From assembly GCA_043803405.1 (NCBI GenBank), contig JAZDKB010000007.1:1-63147 (forward strand): 63,147 bases of DNA, written 5' to 3'. The notes under the pieces are model-generated. The model searched no databases and was not told the origin of the DNA. It worked only from the letters and a program-made list of their open reading frames with translations. How positions within the stretch are numbered: position 1 is the stretch's first letter; every line of letters starts with the position of its first letter. A program made the position numbers and the translations under genes. Source of the stretch: Spirochaetota bacterium. GTDB lineage: Bacteria; Spirochaetota; UBA4802; JAFGDQ01. Below, in pieces: positions 9,130-19,317 of this stretch.

Positions 9130-11680
9130 TTTCAATTGCGGACTCCGGTTCATATTGCTGCATGATTTCGAAGATGCTTGTAGCGCATACTCCAGCAAGC
9201 ATTTTTTCATGATCGGCTTTTACCTGGTGAATGTATAAATTTCCTTTAATATACTCCTTAAGCCGATAATCCTGATAAGGTCTGATGCCGAATCCGAAAT
9301 CCGTATCTGTGGCTTTCACCAGCACGCAATCAAACGGATAAGTATTTTTTGCTTCCATGAAAACACATGCTGCCTGGTCAAATGCTTCTTCACGCCCTTT
9401 TTGATTATAAGCTCTGTGTAGGGGAGGTTTTCTTCTTTTTGAATTTAAATGTCCCCTCATCATTTTTAAAGTGTACTTAATCATCTTTAAAGGGCCTTCG
9501 CTAAAGATATATTTAAGAGTATCTTCTGCTAAACCGCAGAATGAACGGTATGAGCTAATATCGGTATAGGAATCGAGCAGGTATATGTTGTGTACCACTA
9601 TGCCTTCCGTGGTTAATTTCCTGGCGACTTCGAGACACATAAGTCCGCCGAAAGATAATCCAACAAGAGTAAGCGCTTTGGATTTTCCCTGGCGTAGAAT
9701 TGCGCTTTTGTAGGTCTCTACTAAAGCATCCAGGGAAAAATCAATACTTTCGTTATTAGCTTCCGCATTCAGAAAACTTACTTCCTCAGATGCAAAGATG
9801 CCGTACACCGGTCTTAAGCCCTTATAGTGTTCAGCCAATTCAGCGTATATCTGAACTCCAGCCAAACAGAATATCGGGTCTCCATGTTTTGACTCGTTAA
9901 GTTTAATGACGCTCGATGCCCTTATTTCCGATTTACCTAAATGAGTACGAATTTGTCGAATTGTTGGAGTTTCGAAAAATACGGATATAGGAAAATCCAA
10001 TCCTGTGGCTTTTTTCATTTCTTTTCTTGCCTGTAAAGCCAGAAGAGAATGCCCTCCCAAACTAAAAAAGTTATCATCTATGCTTATTTTTTTTACACCA
10101 AGCAAAGAAGCCCATACAATCATCAAACTGCGGTCAAGGTCATCCCGCGCGTCCACAATATCGAATTTTTCAGGACATTTAAATCTTTCTATGGCTTCAT
10201 TTGCCAGTACTTTTCTGTCGATCTTATAGTTCGCCGTCAGCGGAAACTCTGTTACGCAAACGAAATGTTGCGGCACCATATATTCCGGTAAATATTGTTT
10301 ACAGAGATCACGCAATACAGTATTTTTATCTGGTATGCCGGCGTAAAAAGCAATTAATCGAACGTCGCCAGCATTGATTTCAGATGCTACTACCACGCTT
10401 TGCTGTACCAGATCGCTTTTTGCCAAAACCTGTTCAATTTCGGATGGTTCGATCCGAAATCCGCGTATTTTAAGCTGATTATCAATCCGGTTGATGTACT
10501 CAATATTTTTGTCGGGACTCATTTTAACGAGGTCTCCTGTGCGGTACACTCTGTCACCAGATTTAAGTGTGATAAATCGTTCCGCAGTTAATTTATCATT
10601 GTTATAGTAACCGAGCGCTACACCTTTTCCTCCAATCAGCAATTCTCCCGATGAACCTGCCGAAACAGGATCGAGTTTATCGTCGACAATGTAAACCTGA
10701 GTATTCCGGATCGGCTTCCCGATATAAATTGTATTGTCTTCTTCCACTTTAAAACAAGTTGACCATACGGTCGTCTCGGTAGGGCCGTACATATTCCAAA
10801 CTTCATTTGCCACATTGGTCAGAATGGTTTTTAAATCAATGGGAAAGGCTTCCCCACCTATTAAAATTTTTAATTTACGTTCAGGCTGCCAGCCATTTTC
10901 TAAGATTATGCGCCAGGTGGCCGGTGTTGCCTGAATTACACTAATGTGTCTACTATCGATTAGTTCACGCAACGCACTTTGCAAAATACTTTCTTCCCGC
11001 GTGGCTAAAATCAGATGCGCGCCGACGAACAGAGGCAGAAAGATTTCCAGGATGTGAATGTCAAACGAGATGGTCGTAATCGCTAATAAATTGTCTTTGT
11101 AATTCAGACCAGGTTCGACTGCCATTGATTCGATGAAATTGATTAAATTGGCCTGGCTTATGGCAACTCCCTTCGGATTTCCGGTTGAACCTGATGTGTA
11201 GATAATGTAAGCGATATCGCTTTCATCTATGGTGTCGCTTGCCAGGGTCACATCAGTCGAAACAGGCATTGTCGAAGCGGGTACAAGTAACTCGTTCAGC
11301 TTTACAACTGGACAGCCGAACTCCATTGGTGTGTTGTTGTGATCGCATATAGCTATTTTTGCATGCGAGTTCTCCAAAATATAAATTTGCCTTTGGACTG
11401 GAAAGGCTGGATCGACCGGTACATAGGCTGCTCGCAAAGACCATATTGCTAACAATAACGGGACAAGTGCTTCGTTACGGGAAACCCCAACAGCCACTTT
11501 GTCGCCCGCATCGATCCCGTAACTTTTCAGCGCCAGGGCAAACGATTTGGCTTTTAGTGCTAATTCCTGATAAGTATAAGTCAGAGTTTTGCTGGTTAAT
11601 GCATCTGCTGTTGGGGATTTCGCCACCTGCTGATCAAATCCATCAATATAACTTGCGATCTTAAGCGAAGTATTTATCAT
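9122..11680 (-). CDS. Stand-alone NRPS-like protein, A-PCP-TE architecture, glycine-type adenylation domain
   Basis: A-domain cores YTSGSTGNPKG, NMYGPTE, YRTGDL, KIRGFRIE, K in LTANYKIDRK; PCP FFSLGGHSL; TE GLSFGG; no condensation domain. Confidence 0.92.
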   Translation of the reverse strand: MINTSLKIASYIDGFDQQVAKSPTADALTSKTLTYTYQELALKAKSFALALKSYGIDAGDKVAVGVSRNEALVPLLLAIWSLRAAYVPVDPAFPVQRQIYILENSHAKIAICDHNNTPMEFGCPVVKLNELLVPASTMPVSTDVTLASDTIDESDIAYIIYTSGSTGNPKGVAISQANLINFIESMAVEPGLNYKDNLLAITTISFDIHILEIFLPLFVGAHLILATREESILQSALRELIDSRHISVIQATPATWRIILENGWQPERKLKILIGGEAFPIDLKTILTNVANEVWNMYGPTETTVWSTCFKVEEDNTIYIGKPIRNTQVYIVDDKLDPVSAGSSGELLIGGKGVALGYYNNDKLTAERFITLKSGDRVYRTGDLVKMSPDKNIEYINRIDNQLKIRGFRIEPSEIEQVLAKSDLVQQSVVVASEINAGDVRLIAFYAGIPDKNTVLRDLCKQYLPEYMVPQHFVCVTEFPLTANYKIDRKVLANEAIERFKCPEKFDIVDARDDLDRSLMIVWASLLGVKKISIDDNFFSLGGHSLLALQARKEMKKATGLDFPISVFFETPTIRQIRTHLGKSEIRASSVIKLNESKHGDPIFCLAGVQIYAELAEHYKGLRPVYGIFASEEVSFLNAEANNESIDFSLDALVETYKSAILRQGKSKALTLVGLSFGGLMCLEVARKLTTEGIVVHNIYLLDSYTDISSYRSFCGLAEDTLKYIFSEGPLKMIKYTLKMMRGHLNSKRRKPPLHRAYNQKGREEAFDQAACVFMEAKNTYPFDCVLVKATDTDFGFGIRPYQDYRLKEYIKGNLYIHQVKADHEKMLAGVCATSIFEIMQQYEPESAIEND

Positions 11681-11768
11681 TATTCTTATCCGTCACATAT
11701 AAATGGTACTGAAAATAACATACTGTCCAATTTTTACGGTCCAGTATATCCCTTCTGCGATTATGACT

Positions 11769-12638
11769 TTATATAATATATTTTGATAATTTTGGAAAAA
11801 AATTTTTAGTAATCCATATTAATATACTGCAAGTAATAAAAACTGCTAAAGGTAAAAAATACCCTAGATTTACATTAAACTTAAAAAAAACCATGTAAAT
11901 AAATGGATGTAATAAATAAATACCAAGTGTAAGTTCAGATATGTTACGAATATTAAAATTAAAATTTAACCATGGTGGAAAAAATATAATAGGAAAAAAC
12001 ATCAAAATTCCAATAGTATATGAAATACCAACACCAGTTATATTTATATTTATTACTGCTGCCAATAAGAATAATAGCATTATAAATTTGTGGAATTGGA
12101 ATATCGAAGTAAGTTTATTAAATGCCCAAAAATAAGCACCGACAAAAACAGCAGGGAGGGCATGAGAATACTGCGCCCATGGTGCTCCTAATGCATTGGT
12201 AAAATCCCTCCATAAAAAGACAGATAGAAGTGATATTAAGGCAATGCAAACTGCAGAATAACCAATTTTCAAGACTGTCGAATTTTTTTTTATTAAATCA
12301 AATAAAATCAAAATAAAAAACATAAATGGCAGATACCATAAATGGATCTTTGAACCTGCCAGTAAACCAGTTATAAATCCATTATCCGTATCAATAAATG
12401 GTTTATCAATGATAAAATTAACAAAACCGTAAAATAAAGACCAAGACAGCCATGGAAGCAATAAACTTTTTAAGCGCTGAATTACATTGTGACCATCACC
12501 CGAAAGATAAACTGAAAGGATTATAAAAAAAACAAGACCAGAATATCCTATATCTGCACCTTTAAGATGGGAATGAAACCATACAATGCCAAAAGCACTC
12601 AAAATTCTAAATAATTCAATATCTTGTCGATATTTCAT
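11769..12638 (-). CDS. Acyltransferase-3 (OafA-like) membrane O-acyltransferase
   Basis: 'IELFRILSAFGIVWFH', 'HLWYLP', 'GIYLLHP'. Confidence 0.85.
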   Translation of the reverse strand: MKYRQDIELFRILSAFGIVWFHSHLKGADIGYSGLVFFIILSVYLSGDGHNVIQRLKSLLLPWLSWSLFYGFVNFIIDKPFIDTDNGFITGLLAGSKIHLWYLPFMFFILILFDLIKKNSTVLKIGYSAVCIALISLLSVFLWRDFTNALGAPWAQYSHALPAVFVGAYFWAFNKLTSIFQFHKFIMLLFLLAAVININITGVGISYTIGILMFFPIIFFPPWLNFNFNIRNISELTLGIYLLHPFIYMVFFKFNVNLGYFLPLAVFITCSILIWITKNFFPKLSKYII

Positions 12639-12672
12639 GGAAAATCCAATGAAAGTAATGTTCTATAGCTGA

Positions 12673-13245
12673 TTAATCAATTTTTTTATCTTCAACAGGT
12701 TTATTTGCATCTGTTTTATTTCCTTCTTTTTGAACTTTTTTGTTTTCAACAGCAGAATACTTCCAGACCCTTGCAGGAACACCTATTGCTGTTGTATGAG
12801 GCGGTACATCCGTTATTACGAGTGAATTGGCAGCAATGGTTGCACCATCACCAATTGTAATGTTTCCTAATATTTTAGCCCCTGCGCCAATATAAACATC
12901 ATTTCCAATAACAGGCAAACCTGGACCAATATTCGTACCAATAAGGACATCCTGCTGAATACCGCATCTATCACCAATAACTGTTTGCGGATGTATTGAA
13001 GTATTACCTGAATGGATCAGATGGAAATCTTCACCAATTTGAGTTTCACAATATAAACGAATACCACTGGTTATTAATATTAAAAATAAATTAAATCCGT
13101 AAATTTTGCTTAATATCCATCGTAAGGGAGCAAATTTTATCCGCATGACTCTCCTGCCAAAACGATAATTACAAATTGCCCAGAAAGCAGGATTTAATAT
13201 GGATTTTTCATGCCTCCGGTAATCACTTCTTAATTGATTAAACAT
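12673..13245 (-). CDS. Hexapeptide-repeat O-acetyltransferase (serine-acetyltransferase/WcaB-like)
   Basis: 'PVIGNDVYIGAGAKILG..IGDGATIAANSLV..DVP...GVPAR' left-handed beta-helix. Confidence 0.88.
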   Translation of the reverse strand: MFNQLRSDYRRHEKSILNPAFWAICNYRFGRRVMRIKFAPLRWILSKIYGFNLFLILITSGIRLYCETQIGEDFHLIHSGNTSIHPQTVIGDRCGIQQDVLIGTNIGPGLPVIGNDVYIGAGAKILGNITIGDGATIAANSLVITDVPPHTTAIGVPARVWKYSAVENKKVQKEGNKTDANKPVEDKKID

Positions 13246-13496
13246 TATTTATTCCTTTTTAAATGAGAATTTATTTTAACAATAAGGCGGTTGAATTCAA
13301 TATTTTCCAATAAAAATTGTATTTTTTTCCAGGAAATATAGTTTGAAATAAATTACCTTATCCCTTTTATAGTTACAGAACGTAATTTAATAATTTACCC
13401 ATAATTATATACACAATTAGAAAATATAAAACGTATTGACCTGTTGAATGAATATCAAATATAATTTCTAAATCCTTAAGAACAAATAGAAACTAT

Positions 13497-14408
13497 TTAA
13501 CGCTCTGCTCCAATGCCTTTTTCTGTAATCAGTGCATTATAAAAACCGGCCATCCAAAACAATCCAGAAATAAATAGAGGCAAGCTAATAGCTAAGGTTT
13601 TCAGTTTTCCCGCAGGTGTCTGGTAAAGAAGATGTCTTATAATAATACGCCCGATTTTAATGATAGTAAGAACAGGTAAGGCTGCAATAAATGCTGCTTT
13701 TTTTAAAGAAGACATCGAGGCCGCATATCGAATGTAATAAACATTTTGACCGTTAATATAAATTTTTTTTAATACCCTGGAAAGAGATGAATCCTGCGTT
13801 TGAAAACCCAGAATGTCAGGAAAAAAATACAACCGATGGCCATGACTGCGTATGCGTTCAGTCAATTCCGTATCCTGCATCCTGGGTATATCTCTGAATC
13901 CGCCCTCATTTATAAAAATCTCTCTATCAATACATAAGAGAGCAGAACTTAAATTGTTCCGTTCACATGCCGGGCGGTTTTTTTGTGATTCGTGATTAAA
14001 GAAATAATGTTCGATATAAGATGTTAAACCGTTACTAACCTCAGTATTAAGTTCTAAAGAACCGCCAAATACCTGTTTGCTCTCCTGAAAATGGCGCCAT
14101 GCAGCCTGCAAAGACGTGGATTCAAGCAGTACATCGGCATCAACAAAAATGAGCAGTTCTCCCCGCGCTTCGTATGCACCAATATTTCTTCCTTCACCCG
14201 GATTAAATCGCTCCTGTTTATGAACATAGCGTAAGTTCGCGAATGTTTCTTTTGTGTGATTAACGATTTGTTTGACTTTGTTGTGCTCTGAGCAATCAAC
14301 CACAATAATTTCATAAGCAAAATTAATATTTTGCCGTACAAGATGAAGCAATGTATTCTCAATATAATCCTGTGTGTTATACGAAGGAATGATAATAGAG
14401 ATTATCAT
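13497..14408 (-). CDS. GT2 glycosyltransferase
   Basis: 'ISIIIPSYN', 'EIIVVD', 'RNIG', 'FVDAD', 'GGF'. Confidence 0.88.
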   Translation of the reverse strand: MIISIIIPSYNTQDYIENTLLHLVRQNINFAYEIIVVDCSEHNKVKQIVNHTKETFANLRYVHKQERFNPGEGRNIGAYEARGELLIFVDADVLLESTSLQAAWRHFQESKQVFGGSLELNTEVSNGLTSYIEHYFFNHESQKNRPACERNNLSSALLCIDREIFINEGGFRDIPRMQDTELTERIRSHGHRLYFFPDILGFQTQDSSLSRVLKKIYINGQNVYYIRYAASMSSLKKAAFIAALPVLTIIKIGRIIIRHLLYQTPAGKLKTLAISLPLFISGLFWMAGFYNALITEKGIGAER

Positions 14409-14901
14409 AATAGATTGCCGATGTCCTTGCGTTACATTTTACATACCGCTAATGTCAACATATACGGCTTAAAATTCAAATTTAGCCTCTATTTCCATAT
14501 GTATGTATGGATTTTCCTTGTCACTCTCCAGAATGATGAAGGAATAGAAAAGCACCAGGTCCACCTGATTGATACTTAAACAATCAATGCGTTTAAAGGT
14601 GGCTTTTTTAAGCGGTTACAAAAAATAGTATAATTCCTTTAACGAAGTATACCGGCCTCGATTTAGCAAGCATTTTTTAATAAAATCTCCAATGCAGGAC
14701 GCTTTGGCCACTTAATATACAAAAAAATTTAACTTGGTGATGAATTGCGGTTCCTTATTCTGTTTTTCTCAATAAAAAAAATAATTTCGTGTACTATTTT
14801 TTTTATTTCAAGGCATGTAAGCTTACATTTTCCCTTAAATAGTCTCTAAAATCAGAGTTAAGGCTTAACAATAAAAAAATTTAGATAAATTTAAGTGATA
14901 G

Positions 14902-14930
14902 TTGACAAATTAATAAAAAATGAATATTAT
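14902..14930 (+). promoter_or_regulatory. sigma70-type promoter upstream of the PEP-CTERM/exosortase operon
   Basis: TTGACA(14902-14907)-17 bp-TATTAT(14925-14930). Confidence 0.55.
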
Positions 14931-15124
14931 TAAATCAAAATAGTAATACATTTGTAATAAATTTATATATTTTGTCTGTTATGTCCTAATTTCTATTAAG
15001 ATATATTACAAATGTTTATCTCTCCAGAGAGAGTCTTTTATCTATTGTGCAAGAATTTAATGTTGGCAACGATTATAAAAATATAAAATCCGCTGTGTAT
15101 TTAATAAAATAAAGAGGAGGCGCT

Positions 15125-15340
15125 GTGAAAAAATATTTAATAATGACTCTTGTTTGTTTATTTTTAGGCTCATCAGTATATGCTATGGGACGTGATAATA
15201 ATCATGGTAATAACGGTACTCATAATGGTAGTAATGGTACTCATCCTGGTGGAAGCGGTACTCCGGAGCCGGCATCACTATTATTATTACTTGCCGGTGG
15301 TGCAGCAGCCTTTATAACAAAGAAGATAATTAAAAAATAA
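15125..15340 (+). CDS. Minimal PEP-CTERM sorting-signal protein (71 aa)
   Basis: Strong SD AGAGGAGG before GTG; signal peptide (..SVYA); Asn/Gly/His-rich linker; TPEP + hydrophobic helix + KKIIKK; directly upstream of the exosortase. Confidence 0.9.
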   Translation: MKKYLIMTLVCLFLGSSVYAMGRDNNHGNNGTHNGSNGTHPGGSGTPEPASLLLLLAGGAAAFITKKIIKK

Positions 15341-15372
15341 TTTAGGGTGAAGGATATAAGTTTATCTTCTCT

Positions 15373-16899
15373 ATGGCTGTGATAATGCGAGAATATGCCG
15401 CATATTTAAAAATTGCCGTATTTATTTCTCTTAACATTATATTTTTATTCAAAGGTTTCTGTATTTTTTATGATAAATGGTTTTGGTGGGGATCCTATTA
15501 CAGCCATAGTCCTCTTGTAGTAGCAGCTTTCATCTGGCTTCTGGTAAAAAGAGCAAAAGATTATAAGCCAGCTTTGGAGAAACATCCTTTTCATATATCC
15601 GGTATAGTAATAATATTTATTTCCATAGCAATGTATCTGTTTGGATTATGGAAAAATTTCCCTACATTTGTCACATGGGGAATGTTAGTATTTGTTATTG
15701 GAAATGCCGTATTATTTTTAAGCAAGAATTTTGTAATAAAGAATATCGGTATATTTATATACCTGCTGCTGGCAATCCCGGTCCCGCAAATAGCAATTGA
15801 CAGCCTTACATTTGAACTTCAATTATTCGCCTCATATCTTTCAGAAAATGTTATATCATTAATATATCCCTCAACATTTCGAAACGGTAACATACTTCAG
15901 GTTAACGGGCATTATATTTCAATCACATACGAATGCAGCGGACTTAGTAATCTTCTTAGCATGCTTTCGGCAGTATGGCTAATGGCGCTTTTTCAAACAA
16001 AAAAAATTATTACTGTAATTGATTATTTAATTTCAATTCCTGCTGCAATTATTTCGAATATTCTTAGAATTGTTATTGTAACGATTTTAGTTGTAAACGG
16101 CTATGAACAATTTGCATTGAATGACTGGCATTCAGAAATAGGAATAATAGTTTTTATTTTTATTGTTATACTTATAGTAATATTTAACGAGTTGCCTTTT
16201 AAAAAAGATGACTTTCATTTTAAGATTTCATTTACCGGACTGGTATCCCATATCAACAAAAATAATAAATTATTAAATATATATATTATATTTCTGATAA
16301 TACTATCTTTTGTAAGTTTTGTTATTCCGGATAAAAATAATTTCCATAATTCAGGTGCTGAAATACTTTTAAAAGATATAATCCCGGACTCTATCGGCAA
16401 TTGGAAATCGCGAAACGAGATACTTGGTGAAAATTACTTTAATGTATTGGGTACGAATGATTTACTTATGAGAGCGTTTTGGGAAAAAGGAAAGAGTCCG
16501 GAGAACAATAATGTGTATTTATATATTATTCGATCAAAAGATAATGCGGCTGCTTTTCATCGGCCGGAAGCATGTCTGCGCGGGGAAGGCTATGAATTAT
16601 CGGCTCATAATGAAGTAGATTTAATTTTAATAAATAAAAAAATAATTCCGGTTCATAGAACATTATTTGTTGATAAGGATAAAGGTTTATTGGTTTATTA
16701 TTGGTATTATATAAACGGTAAAAACATAAAAGATACTTTAAGGTATCAACTTGAATTTCTTTTCAACATGAACGATGATTCAAGCGGGAGTTTTATAAGA
16801 ATATCCAAACCGGTGAATTTGAATAAAATAACTCAGGAAGAGCAAAAAATGAAACAATTTGCAAATGAAATAATTCCTGAAATACTGAAATATCTTTAA
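15373..16899 (+). CDS. Exosortase (EpsH-like) fused to an EpsI-type periplasmic domain
   Basis: 'YYSH', catalytic 'ECSGL', 'NILRI', 'WH...G'; C-terminal 'HRPEACLRGEGY' and 'VYYWY' EpsI motifs. Confidence 0.92.
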   Translation: MAVIMREYAAYLKIAVFISLNIIFLFKGFCIFYDKWFWWGSYYSHSPLVVAAFIWLLVKRAKDYKPALEKHPFHISGIVIIFISIAMYLFGLWKNFPTFVTWGMLVFVIGNAVLFLSKNFVIKNIGIFIYLLLAIPVPQIAIDSLTFELQLFASYLSENVISLIYPSTFRNGNILQVNGHYISITYECSGLSNLLSMLSAVWLMALFQTKKIITVIDYLISIPAAIISNILRIVIVTILVVNGYEQFALNDWHSEIGIIVFIFIVILIVIFNELPFKKDDFHFKISFTGLVSHINKNNKLLNIYIIFLIILSFVSFVIPDKNNFHNSGAEILLKDIIPDSIGNWKSRNEILGENYFNVLGTNDLLMRAFWEKGKSPENNNVYLYIIRSKDNAAAFHRPEACLRGEGYELSAHNEVDLILINKKIIPVHRTLFVDKDKGLLVYYWYYINGKNIKDTLRYQLEFLFNMNDDSSGSFIRISKPVNLNKITQEEQKMKQFANEIIPEILKYL

Positions 16900-17345
16900 A
16901 CATTATTAAAAAAAGCATATTGAATTCAATATGCTTCCTTCTCGCATCCCATTTTTGGCAACAGCTATCTTTTATTCCTAATATAAAATTAATATCGATA
17001 GAAAGATAGGAATGACAATAGATTGTTTTCAGCAACAATCAGATCACTTCATTTTCAGTAAATTAATCTTGACCATTTAATGATGGTTTCTATAGTTTTA
17101 ATGCGTCAACGACATATTAATATTTATTAGATTATAATATCTTTATATCCAATATTTATGCTATGGGTAATAATATCTATAGAGCATTGCAATGAAATGC
17201 ATTGAAGCAATGAAACAGATAGAATTATTTGATATAATATAACTGCTTAACGCGGACATAGTTTAATTTAATGGAATTAGATTTTAACCATTACATTACG
17301 ATTTACAGGGACATTATTAAATTGAATATTCCGGATGCATATAAA

Positions 17346-17804
17346 ATGAAAAAAATTGCACTTGTTGCGTCTTCAGGGGGACATTTGTTTGAACTATTTA
17401 GCCTGAAAGAATTCTGGAAGGATAAAGATTATTTCTGGGTTAGTTTTAAAACAAAAGATGCGGAATATTTACTGGATATGGATGGGATTAATGTATATTG
17501 GGCATTTTATCCAACTAACAGGAATATTAAAAATTTAATAAAAAATTTTTTATTAGCTTTTAAAATATTAAAAAAAGAGAAACCGTACGCGCTTATGTCG
17601 ACTGGAGCGGGAGTTGCGGTGCCGTTTATCATTTGTGCTAAACTAATGAAAATAAAAACAGTTTATCTTGAATCCATTACCAGAATGAAAGAATTATCAT
17701 TAACAGGAAGACTTGTTTATCCTTTTGTTGATAAGCTTCTTGTTCAATGGCCGGAATTAGCAGATAAGTATAAAAAAGCTGAATTTGAAGGTAGAATATT
17801 ATGA
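17346..17804 (+). CDS. pssD: PssD/Cps14F (Alg14-like) glycosyltransferase subunit
   Basis: 'ASSGGHL', 'STGAGVAVP', 'YLESITR...SLTGRL', 'VQWPE'; start moved to MKKIALV. Confidence 0.9.
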   Translation: MKKIALVASSGGHLFELFSLKEFWKDKDYFWVSFKTKDAEYLLDMDGINVYWAFYPTNRNIKNLIKNFLLAFKILKKEKPYALMSTGAGVAVPFIICAKLMKIKTVYLESITRMKELSLTGRLVYPFVDKLLVQWPELADKYKKAEFEGRIL

Positions 17805-18283
17805 TGTTCGTTATTACAGGAACAGAAGCCTATCCATTTGATAACCTGATCAGGGAAATTGACCGTTTAAAGGGATGCGGGTGTATAAAGGATAATGTTT
17901 TTATTCAACTCGGTTCGTGCAATTATGTGCCCGAATATTGTTCTTATAGCAGATGGTTGCCCTTTAATGAAATGATAGATAATATAAACACAGCCTCTTT
18001 AATAATTTCGCACGCCGGAGCCGGTACAACTCTTCTGTGTTTAGAATTAGGAAAGAAGCCTGTTTTAGTAACACGAAAAAAAGAATACGGTGAACATCTT
18101 GATAACCATCAGATTTTATTTGCTGAAATGATGGAGAATCTGGGGCTTGCTATTGTCGCTTATGATGTTAAAGATCTGGAACAATGTATTGGAAAAAACA
18201 AAATTGTCACAAATGGGAAACAAATTTATAAAAAAAATAATTCAAAGCTTATAAATTATTTAAACAGTTGGATTATGGAGTGA
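17801..18283 (+). CDS. pssE: PssE/Cps14G (Alg13-like, GT28 C-terminal) glycosyltransferase subunit
   Basis: 'FVITGT', 'ISHAGAGT', 'GEHLDNHQ'; ATGA overlap with pssD. Confidence 0.9.
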   Translation: MMFVITGTEAYPFDNLIREIDRLKGCGCIKDNVFIQLGSCNYVPEYCSYSRWLPFNEMIDNINTASLIISHAGAGTTLLCLELGKKPVLVTRKKEYGEHLDNHQILFAEMMENLGLAIVAYDVKDLEQCIGKNKIVTNGKQIYKKNNSKLINYLNSWIME

Positions 18284-18477
18284 CAAAAAAATAATAATTC
18301 CTGTGCATCAGATTCAGTTGCTTTCTTAAAAAAGAAAGGAGGCATGCAAAAACCACTATGCGAACAGCAGCGCTGACAGAAGCGCTCTTTATCCGGAATT
18401 AAAAGTAAATTGATTAATAGCAGTTCTTCTGCCGCATACTGGCAAATAAATTTTTTTTCTGATTGCAGCCGAACATT

Positions 18478-19317
18478 TTATTTTATATGAGAAGCCAGGA
18501 ATGCAAGAAAATGATCAGCGGCAAATGATGCTCCTCTTTCATTTAAATGCCCTCCGTCATTAGTATATTCTTTTAAAAGAGAATGATGTTTTATGCCTCC
18601 TGTTGAGCTCTCCTTTAATATGCCATTTTGATCGGTTGATTCAATTTTTGCAATATCAAATAGATTATTACTGTACTCCGATCGCATAAGCTGGTTAAAT
18701 TCATGCCTAATAATATTATCATAAGCTTCTCCGGTTTTCCGGCCTGAAATTTTTTTAATATAATTTTTAGCAAACGTTACAATATCATCCTTTTCCATTC
18801 TTAAGGGTATGGTGAAATGTAAAAATTTTGTTTTTTTAAATTTTTTTTCAAGTTTTTTCATGGATTCTTTGTAGTTTTGAAATATTAATTTTACATCGGA
18901 ATTATAATTGAAATCCACATAGCAAAATTTAAAAAATGCAGCATCGGCTTTATCCCCGAGTCCGTTTTCCATTTTTTCTAAAAAAGATTTTATTTTTGAC
19001 ATTGGGTCCGCATTATTTCCATTTACAGAATGGGCAAAAACCGGTGAGTTAAAATCACCCTGTTTGCTGGTCTCAATAATATTTAGTTTAATATTTGGAT
19101 TATTTTTTATAATTTCCTTAATCCCATCAATGATATTATATCCTACAGACTGATGGCCAAAATATATCTTCTTCCCTGCAAGGTTTTTCCATTCAGGTTG
19201 AGAAATATTTGTAATTTCCATGCTGTATTTTTGAACGCTCATACGATCTCCTTTATTACATGAACTTATAAAAAAAATAATCAATGCTATATTTACAAAT
19301 TTTTGATAAATAGTCAT
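18478..19317 (-). CDS. Putative lipoprotein with an SGNH-hydrolase-like fold
   Basis: Lipobox-like FISSC; 'FGHQSVG' and C-terminal 'DGGHLN' (DxxH). Confidence 0.6.
   Translation of the reverse strand: MTIYQKFVNIALIIFFISSCNKGDRMSVQKYSMEITNISQPEWKNLAGKKIYFGHQSVGYNIIDGIKEIIKNNPNIKLNIIETSKQGDFNSPVFAHSVNGNNADPMSKIKSFLEKMENGLGDKADAAFFKFCYVDFNYNSDVKLIFQNYKESMKKLEKKFKKTKFLHFTIPLRMEKDDIVTFAKNYIKKISGRKTGEAYDNIIRHEFNQLMRSEYSNNLFDIAKIESTDQNGILKESSTGGIKHHSLLKEYTNDGGHLNERGASFAADHFLAFLASHIK

Noticed and set aside
9122..11680. Secondary-metabolite NRPS cluster
   Set aside because: Single module with no C domain and no tailoring, transport or resistance neighbours; the context is entirely polysaccharide biosynthesis
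12673..13245. Housekeeping cysE
   Set aside because: Lacks the N-terminal helical region of CysE and lies in an EPS operon, so it is more likely a sugar O-acetyltransferase
15040..15110. sigma54 promoter typical of proteobacterial PEP-CTERM genes
   Set aside because: TTGGCA is present but there is no correctly spaced TTGC -12 element
18290..18470. Pseudogene or small ORF between pssE and the SGNH-like gene
   Set aside because: An SD-like AGGAGG precedes only a very short ORF, and no recognisable motif appears in any frame
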